In this document: in pieces, positions 57,635 through 64,000 of the stretch
Position numbering within the stretch: the stretch's first letter is position 1
Layout of the letters: each line of letters opens with the position of its first letter
Source of the DNA: Candidatus Melainabacteria bacterium 17Bon1m
Lineage (GTDB): Bacteria > Cyanobacteriota > Vampirovibrionia > Obscuribacterales > Obscuribacteraceae
Assembly (NCBI GenBank): GCA_032128875.1
Contig: JAVLKG010000001.1
Span: 640,001-704,000 of the forward strand
Reading direction: 5' to 3'
DNA: 64,000 bases
Notes under the pieces: generated by a model
The model's database searches: none
What the model saw: the letters and a program-made list of their open reading frames with translations, nothing else
What the model was told of the DNA's origin: nothing
Translations under genes and position numbers: made by a program

Positions 57635-59458
57635 ATGAATAGGCGTAATGTTGCCAAGGGATTGTGGGGATCCACAGCAAAACAAATTGCGTGTCTGAGC
57701 CTTGCTGCTTCGGTTGTCGCGTCGCCGCTCGCGTCGTACGCAGATACGGTTTCAGAACCGGCTGTCGACAACAAGATGGCACCAGTTTCGGCAGTCAGCG
57801 ATAAAGATGTGCTCAACATCCTGGAGCCGGTTCAACCGACGTCCACAGACCCCGAGCAGATCTCGTCACCTAAGGCTGTCTACACGGACATCTCCGGCAA
57901 ACCAGCTAACGATGCCGACGCAAAAGTAACTGAAGCGAAAAGCGTAGAAGCTAAAGAGCAGAAGCCCGCTGCGAAAGACGGCAAGAAGGCCGAAGGCAGA
58001 ATGGCTAAGTTGCGCAAAATGGCATCGATGGCGTCGCGTTATCGCGTGACTTACGGCAAGAAGCAAGTCGCCAACGCTGACGTTGCACCGGCTGCAGACA
58101 CACAAGTCGCTGAAGCAAAGAAAGCGGATGCAGACTCGAAAGTTGCTGAATCAACCGGGAATAAAGAAGTTGCATCGACGGAAGTAAAAACCGAAGCTGC
58201 TGCGACTTCAGAAAATTCATCGCAAGGATGGAACGAAGGTTCTGAAGGTAAAGCCGAAGAGAAAGCTTCGACCCCAACTGCTGAATCCACCAAAGAGATT
58301 GATGTAACTAAGAAAGCTGAAGCAAGCAAAGATGCTGAAGCAACTAAAGATGCTGAAGCAACCAAAGTTGTTGAAACAACCAAAGAAGTTGAACCAACCA
58401 AAGAAGCAGCCGAACCAACTGCTGGTGCCACAGAAGCCACAAATACTGATGCATCAACTGTAGCCCCCGTAGCTGAAGCTGCAGGTACTCCGGAAGAATC
58501 AGTCAACAGCGAAAGCGGAGTTCCTATTGCTTTCGGTTTAGGCGGCACTCTGAAAGATCTGGAAGCTGCAGCTAAGCTTTCTCCCGACGGTATCATTGTT
58601 GTCGACAACGACGAAGCCGTTGAGCAAAACGACCATTTGCAATACGAAGAGATGCCCCTCGATGATGGCAAGCAAAACATCAAGATTGGTGCTCGCTTCC
58701 CAGTCGTTATAAGTTCTGCACTGAATAGCAAAACAGCCAAGAAGGGTGATCGCTTCGAAGCTCGCTTGAAATACGATTTGAAGATTGGCGACAAGCTAAT
58801 CGCCAAGAAGGGCTCGATTGTCAGAGGTCACCTCGATTACTGTTTGAAAGCCCGCACAATTTTGCATTCGCTCGTAAGCCCTGAGCGCTGGTACCGCAAC
58901 TCCGGTTGTATTGGACTGGCATTTGATGAAATCGTCAACGAAAAGGGTGAACACATCCCTTGCGTCGCTGCTCCAGCACGCGCTGGACGCGTCATCAAAA
59001 ACAAAGCTGAAGGGCGCGAATTGGGCGTCAACCACAACGGACAGGTTGTTGGTCCCTGGGCTCAACAACTGCGCTACAAAGCCGTCCGTGTCGGTCTCAA
59101 CTTCGCGATGGCACCGGCTGGAGTGTTTAGCTTCGGTGCAATGCCTGTGGCTCTCGGCGCAATCGGCGCAGTCAATCCGAACTTCGCATTCGGCAAACCA
59201 GTCGGTTTGAACGTTCGCCACCGTCGCATCAAAGGTTTCGCATGGGGCTTCTTGAGCGGCATTCCTGGCAGCTGGTTGATTGAAGACACGACCGTAAAAG
59301 GACAAGAAGCAATCATCAAACCGGGCGATGAGTTCTACGCTGCATTCAAGCAAGAATTCAACGGCGAGCCGGAAACCGACGCATCGATCATGGCTGGTGC
59401 TTCGACCAAGGTGCGCGGTCAGGTCGTAAACGAGAAGGATGCTCCCAAGAAGAAGTAG
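57635..59458 (+). CDS. Secreted protein with acidic low-complexity region and TrbI/VirB10-like C-terminal domain
   Basis: Signal peptide, KDAEAT-type repeats, ISSALNSKTAKKGDRFEARL...KGSIVRG. Confidence 0.7.
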   Translation: MNRRNVAKGLWGSTAKQIACLSLAASVVASPLASYADTVSEPAVDNKMAPVSAVSDKDVLNILEPVQPTSTDPEQISSPKAVYTDISGKPANDADAKVTEAKSVEAKEQKPAAKDGKKAEGRMAKLRKMASMASRYRVTYGKKQVANADVAPAADTQVAEAKKADADSKVAESTGNKEVASTEVKTEAAATSENSSQGWNEGSEGKAEEKASTPTAESTKEIDVTKKAEASKDAEATKDAEATKVVETTKEVEPTKEAAEPTAGATEATNTDASTVAPVAEAAGTPEESVNSESGVPIAFGLGGTLKDLEAAAKLSPDGIIVVDNDEAVEQNDHLQYEEMPLDDGKQNIKIGARFPVVISSALNSKTAKKGDRFEARLKYDLKIGDKLIAKKGSIVRGHLDYCLKARTILHSLVSPERWYRNSGCIGLAFDEIVNEKGEHIPCVAAPARAGRVIKNKAEGRELGVNHNGQVVGPWAQQLRYKAVRVGLNFAMAPAGVFSFGAMPVALGAIGAVNPNFAFGKPVGLNVRHRRIKGFAWGFLSGIPGSWLIEDTTVKGQEAIIKPGDEFYAAFKQEFNGEPETDASIMAGASTKVRGQVVNEKDAPKKK

Positions 59459-59614
59459 GCGTCCACAGCGTTTACGTTGTTGGGAAACATTTGAGAGCGC
59501 TGGGTTCGCTTGGCGCTTTCTGTTTTTGTGGACATCGTGCATCCGTTGCCCCTAACATACATCTATCCATTGATCCATCATCGACCAATCATCCATCCAT
59601 TCTGGAACAAAAGG

Positions 59615-59643
59615 AAAAGGAGCCGCGCAATGCAGCTCCTTTT
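59615..59643. terminator. Probable bidirectional terminator
   Basis: AAAAGGAGC...GCTCCTTTT between convergent genes. Confidence 0.7.
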
Positions 59644-59698
59644 GGCTTCCTGTTAGGTTTCGGGTATGCAGTTCCGAAAGCTGTTTTTGATTTGTGGT

Positions 59699-60958
59699 TT
59701 AGAAGTTGCCTGACATTGGCATTCCGCCGCCACCTGCAATCGACACTGGAGCATCGAGTTGCAATTGCATTGCGGTACCGGATGGGATGGTCACTTCCTT
59801 TCCTTTTCTCAAGAGCAAGCTTTGTGCAACACCAGCGCCAGCACCAATTGCGGTACCAGACCATGCGCCTCGGCCAACTCCACCTCTGCCGCCTGCGATA
59901 GCACCGACTGCGGTACCAAGTGCGGCGCCGGTGCCGGCGCCGATTGCGCCGCGGATGGCTCCCTGACCGACTTTCGTCTTCCAGGTTTCACCTCTGAGGG
60001 TGTCATCTTGATCGCTGCCGCCATCGGTGTATTTACCGATGCCACCGACGAGGTGAGCAGTGATTGGTGTTTCGATGCCGTCGGGTGTGCGGAGGCGATT
60101 GAACTTGATGGTCAAGCTCGATGCGCGACCGAGGTATTTACCAGCGGAAGCATCAGTTACAGATCCGATAACAAGAGAACCGGCCGGGATTTGTGAATCA
60201 CCGAGCATCACGCTCTGGTTGATGGTTGCTTGAATCAAGTCACCAGGTTTTGCAACTTGGGTCGAGATTGCTGTTTGCAAGTTGATCGGAATGGTCAAGC
60301 CGGCAGGTGCGTAAGTGACGCGACCTTGGCGGAATCCACCTTGCGGTGCGCCGTATTGAGCTTGTCCATATTGCGGCGGGTATCCTTGCGGAGGCATGTT
60401 GTACGACTGTTGAGTCGGCGCACCGCCTTGTGTGGCGTAGTAGTCCGAAGGTGCCGGAGCTGTTTGAGAATAGGATTGTTGTCTGACGGGCGGTGCTGCG
60501 GCGACTGCCGGAGCGCTGTTGCTGTATTCGCCGGTCAACTGAGCTACATAGCTGTCGACGCTGGCTTGGTCAACCAGGGTATTGCGAAGTGCGTCAGCCC
60601 ATTTCTTCGCGAGTAGAGCTGGAGTCGTGCCATAAGCTTTTGCGTTAGCAGCATCGACCTCAACAATCTTATAGCCGCCCAAGGTGATGACCGGGCTGCC
60701 TTTTACATAAGTGATGTTAACGGACGAAGGTCCACGATCTTTCGATGCGACAAGTGCATTGTCGAGATTCTTTTGAATTACTTCAGCACGGGCGTCCGGG
60801 CTCAAACCGCCGACTGACACCTTGCTTGTAATAACGGGGACACCAGCGATCTGAACGTTGGCATTCGCTAGCACCGCGAGTGGTGCCAGAAAGAATGTTT
60901 GGCTCAGGACCAGAGCACCGGCGATAAGTCTGCTTTTAGAAGAGTTGAACGAGGTCAT
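59699..60958 (-). CDS. Secreted protein with TrbI/VirB10-like domain and glycine zipper
   Basis: Signal peptide; LQTAISTQVAKPGDLIQATI...IPAGS; GAIGAGTGAALGTAVGAIAGG. Confidence 0.75.
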   Translation of the reverse strand: MTSFNSSKSRLIAGALVLSQTFFLAPLAVLANANVQIAGVPVITSKVSVGGLSPDARAEVIQKNLDNALVASKDRGPSSVNITYVKGSPVITLGGYKIVEVDAANAKAYGTTPALLAKKWADALRNTLVDQASVDSYVAQLTGEYSNSAPAVAAAPPVRQQSYSQTAPAPSDYYATQGGAPTQQSYNMPPQGYPPQYGQAQYGAPQGGFRQGRVTYAPAGLTIPINLQTAISTQVAKPGDLIQATINQSVMLGDSQIPAGSLVIGSVTDASAGKYLGRASSLTIKFNRLRTPDGIETPITAHLVGGIGKYTDGGSDQDDTLRGETWKTKVGQGAIRGAIGAGTGAALGTAVGAIAGGRGGVGRGAWSGTAIGAGAGVAQSLLLRKGKEVTIPSGTAMQLQLDAPVSIAGGGGMPMSGNF

Positions 60959-60976
60959 CTTATTTTTTCACCTTGC

Positions 60977-61147
60977 CAGAGTTAGTTCGAGTCCAGTTGC
61001 AGGTCGTCTTCAGAGAAACTGTCATACCTGACCTATGTTGAGTGCTTTAGGTGCTATGCAGCTTTCCCTTGCGCTCCAATGGGCTCTATGACACCAAAAA
61101 GTTTACCAATGTTCCCGAGGTACTTTCTGAGTCCGAACTAACGCCTG
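60977..61147 (+). ncRNA. Candidate 6S RNA (ssrS/ssaA-like)
   Basis: ~170-nt nested hairpin: GTTAGTTCG/CGAACTAAC, a central bubble, TGTCATA/TATGACA, CCTAT/ATGGG, GAGTGC/GCGCTC. G-U pairs favour the + strand. Confidence 0.5.
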
Positions 61148-61384
61148 TTGAGAACTTTCGAAAAGCCCGACCATAGACGTTTCCAGCCTCTTAGCTCGGT
61201 GCGCCGTTTTAGCCCGTTTTGCGGGTTTTTATGGGGGATTATCAGCTGCCCTTTAACTCGCTCTAAGAGTTGATGCAATGCACGATTACCCTCTCTGCGC
61301 GTAGACTTGCATGGACGGTCTGGGGGGGCAACCGGCCAAGTAAGTGAGATTTGTGAGCGCTCGGGATATAGATGTATATAGAGG

Positions 61385-62191
61385 ATGGATCCTACGATTA
61401 GAAGAGATAGAAGTACTGTTCGCAAAACCGCGTTCATAACGGGAGCCAGCCGAGGAATTGGTCGAGCTGTAGCGGAAAGATTCGCGCAAGACGGTTTCGA
61501 CCTGGCACTATTTGCTCGCAGTGAAGACCTGTTATTGCAGCTGGAGAAGGATTTGAGCGGTTACAGCATTTCCGCTCACGCGTTTGTCGTCGATGTTTCT
61601 CACCAGGACAAATTCTCTGCAGCCTTGCAGTCTGCTAGTGAAAAACTAGGTCAGCCGCAGGTTTTGGTCAATAACGCAGGAGTATATTACACGCAGGCGG
61701 TCGAAGGACACTCGATCGAACTATTCAGAGAGGTTTTGGAAACCAACCTCACTAGCGCCCTCAACGCCTGTCAATTCGTCGTTTCGGGCATGAAAAAGCT
61801 TGGCTGGGGGCGTATCGTTAATATCTCCTCGATATCGGGCAAAGTTGCAGAAGCCTACGGGGCTGCCTATTCTGCCTCAAAATTCGGCATCATTGGGCTA
61901 ACTCAATCTCTTGCGTTGGAAGTCGCTGATCACGGCATCACGGTGAATGCGGTATGTCCTGGCTGGGTGGCCACTGAAATGGCGCGCGCTCAACTTAACG
62001 ATGAGAAATGGTGCAAGCTCAATGAGCTGGAAGTAGAACAGTCGGAAGAAATTGCCAGACTTTCTGTGCCCCAAAAACGGCTGATTCAGCCAGAAGAGGT
62101 TGCGCACCTAGTATCATTTCTATGTAGCGAAAATGCACGCGGCATTACAGGTCAATCTATAAACATCTGCGGAGGACTTTCCCTCAATTGA
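61385..62191 (+). CDS. SDR oxidoreductase (FabG/3-hydroxybutyrate dehydrogenase-like)
   Basis: TGASRGIG, NNAG, YSASK, CPGWV, ITGQSINICGG. Confidence 0.92.
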   Translation: MDPTIRRDRSTVRKTAFITGASRGIGRAVAERFAQDGFDLALFARSEDLLLQLEKDLSGYSISAHAFVVDVSHQDKFSAALQSASEKLGQPQVLVNNAGVYYTQAVEGHSIELFREVLETNLTSALNACQFVVSGMKKLGWGRIVNISSISGKVAEAYGAAYSASKFGIIGLTQSLALEVADHGITVNAVCPGWVATEMARAQLNDEKWCKLNELEVEQSEEIARLSVPQKRLIQPEEVAHLVSFLCSENARGITGQSINICGGLSLN

Positions 62192-63012
62192 GATCTGAGA
62201 CGGCGAAGCTGGTCGAAAAGGCCTATGAAAAGTCATCCTGGCCCACAGTGGAGGTTGACGGAATGACGCTCCTGCAGGCGCCTAGCCTGATGGGAAAACG
62301 TTTGAAGCATGCATTTACGACGCGCAAAGGAGGGCAGACTCCGTCGCCTTTTGATTCGTTCAATCTCGGGCGCCATGACGCAGCTGCCGATCACTGGAAT
62401 GACGCCCTGGAGAACCGTAAAAAACTTTGTGCCGCTCTGGAAGTGCCGTTTGCTGACCTAAGGGTGCCTGGACAAGTGCACTCGAAGCGGGTTGTTTTTG
62501 CCGAAGATTCCACGCAACTCAAAGAAGTCGACGCGGTTGCGACAGTATCCAGCAACGTCCCCGTCCTTCTTCATTACGCCGACTGCGTGCCCATTATCAT
62601 CTTCGACCCGCGCCGGAGCGCTCTTGCAGTGGTGCATGCCGGTTGGAGAGGCACTGCCGCGATGATCGCCAGCGAGGCCGTAACTGCCCTGGTTACACGT
62701 GCCGGCAGCGAAGCCTGGGATTTAATTGCCGCCGTTGGACCAGCTATTGGCAGCTGTTGCTATCCGACCAGCGCTGAGGCGGCAAAGAGCCTGGCGTCCA
62801 CCGTTACCGATGGTGAACTGTTTATTACATTGCGGAATGGTCAGCCCTGTCCGGATTTGCGCGCAGTCAACGCCATGCAGCTGCTGGAGCGAGGCATCAG
62901 CACTGTCGACGTCTCGGACCTCTGCACATCCTGTAATCCCGATATCTTCTACTCTCACAGGCAATCTGGCGGGCTGACCGGTAGGCAAGGCGCAATCGCT
63001 TGTCTGGTATAG
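62188..63012 (+). CDS. pgeF: YfiH/PgeF family (peptidoglycan editing factor / purine nucleoside phosphorylase)
   Basis: HAFTTRKGG, QVH, ADCVPI, HAGWRG, GPAIGSCCY, FYSHR. Confidence 0.92.
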   Translation: MRSETAKLVEKAYEKSSWPTVEVDGMTLLQAPSLMGKRLKHAFTTRKGGQTPSPFDSFNLGRHDAAADHWNDALENRKKLCAALEVPFADLRVPGQVHSKRVVFAEDSTQLKEVDAVATVSSNVPVLLHYADCVPIIIFDPRRSALAVVHAGWRGTAAMIASEAVTALVTRAGSEAWDLIAAVGPAIGSCCYPTSAEAAKSLASTVTDGELFITLRNGQPCPDLRAVNAMQLLERGISTVDVSDLCTSCNPDIFYSHRQSGGLTGRQGAIACLV

Positions 63013-63162
63013 GCGCTTTACAATCCCTATATATTTTGTGTTTGCAAATGGTTTATGCTCAAAATATGAGTGGGCCGTGGGCACGTTTGCCTTATGTAGC
63101 TCCTAATTCTAGGTTGCCGGAAGTAATCAAAAACGCAGCAGCTGAGTAATAGAGACTCCGAA

Positions 63163-64000
63163 TTGCGACGAAAGAGAAGAGCTGAAGTTGCATCAACAAC
63201 TGAAAAGTTGTGCGCTTGCTTCGCCTTTGAACAAAAACTTCGTCCGATCGCTGCGAGTCTCTGCACCAGTATGTTGCTTGCTAACAGCTTTGTACCGGGA
63301 TGTTTTGCTCAGTCGAATAATGTCTCCAAGCAATCTTCGGCATCGGCACCAAATACAGTGGCGCCAATATCGCCACCACCTGTAGCGCCGCCAATTTCTA
63401 CTCGAATCCCCGTAAAAATGTCTGTTCCACCGGTCAATACGTCGACGCTGAACGGCGCGGCCGCACCAGGCAGCCTGTTGGACAAAGGTCCTTTCAATCC
63501 GGCGAACCTACCTGTTATCACTCCGTGGAAAACTCCTGTCGCCCCATCAAAATCTTCAACCGCTCCGTCAAAATCTCCAGTTGCCCCATCAAAACCTCCG
63601 GTTTCCGCCCATCCAGCGGCAGGTCCGTCGAGTGTCAGTCCTGTCACTTCCAGTCCTTCGGCAACAAAGACGACTGGTAGTTCTGCGAATGCTCCTGTAA
63701 AATCCGCGCCTCTGTCTCCACATGCGTCTAGCGCTTCATCTCCTGACTCTGGCGCCGCATCTCCAGTCTCTGGAGCGTCTTCCGCGACTCCCCTATTAAA
63801 GCCGCAAGTGCCGAAAATCGCAGAGCCTGCACCGGCACCAGACATCAATAAAGCTCACGCCGGAAGTCCAGGTTCGGCTCCGGGAGCAGGAGCGACGACT
63901 AACGCGAATGCTGAGGAAAAATATCCAGCGGTGGCGCATCTCGAAATTCTGACCTTTGGAGAAACGCACCCAGGGATGGCGATTAGCGATCGCCTTGCCA
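63163..64000 (+). CDS. Secreted Pro/Ser-rich protein, 3'-truncated (absent from the ORF track)
   Basis: Frame 1 is open from TTG 63163 to the window end: signal-like ...SMLLANSFVPGCFAQ, Pro/Ser linker, then EKYPAVAHLEILTFGETHPGMAISDRLA. Confidence 0.7.
   Translation, partial: MRRKRRAEVASTTEKLCACFAFEQKLRPIAASLCTSMLLANSFVPGCFAQSNNVSKQSSASAPNTVAPISPPPVAPPISTRIPVKMSVPPVNTSTLNGAAAPGSLLDKGPFNPANLPVITPWKTPVAPSKSSTAPSKSPVAPSKPPVSAHPAAGPSSVSPVTSSPSATKTTGSSANAPVKSAPLSPHASSASSPDSGAASPVSGASSATPLLKPQVPKIAEPAPAPDINKAHAGSPGSAPGAGATTNANAEEKYPAVAHLEILTFGETHPGMAISDRLA

Noticed and set aside
58051-58806. Long antisense ORFs (also 44748-45515, 58796-59542, 63309-63848, 46574-47197)
   Set aside because: Shadows of real genes on the opposite strand, caused by codon bias or low complexity.
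59560-59602. ATCC-rich microsatellite-like tract
   Set aside because: Short, degenerate, beside a terminator; no evidence of function.

Overview
A gene-dense bacterial chromosomal segment of roughly 50% GC. By inference from the style of its many secreted, TPR, LRR and repeat proteins, it comes from a non-photosynthetic cyanobacterial relative (Melainabacteria/Vampirovibrionia, Obscuribacterales-like). I found no rRNA, canonical tRNA, CRISPR array, transposase or integrase. Recognisable genes: a GcvT-like aminomethyltransferase with two phytoene-dehydrogenase-like (PYROXD2-type) flavoproteins, AIM24, an L,D-transpeptidase, an M23 peptidase, topoisomerase IB, a Tad pseudopilin cassette, rnhB, ArnT, lpxI, yjbQ, type III glutamine synthetase, a CGNR regulator with a PNPOx-like partner, a CHASE3-GGDEF-EAL protein, an SPFH/slipin protein, an FdhF/YdeP molybdoenzyme, a sugar dehydrogenase, typA, rsgA, a GH1 beta-glucosidase, SDRs, glpD, a TPR-CHAT protein and pgeF. 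The most interesting signals lie outside the ORF track: (1) a ~190-nt multi-domain structured RNA with tRNA-like anticodon and T arms, under its own promoter and palindrome, leading the slipin gene (39.27-39.49 kb); (2) a 6S-RNA-like long hairpin at 60.98-61.15 kb; (3) two tandem TAACY-N18-GGTTA operators between the CGNR regulator and its divergent neighbour. Several proteins look like pseudo-enzymes or cryptic effectors. All calls were made by eye, without database searches.
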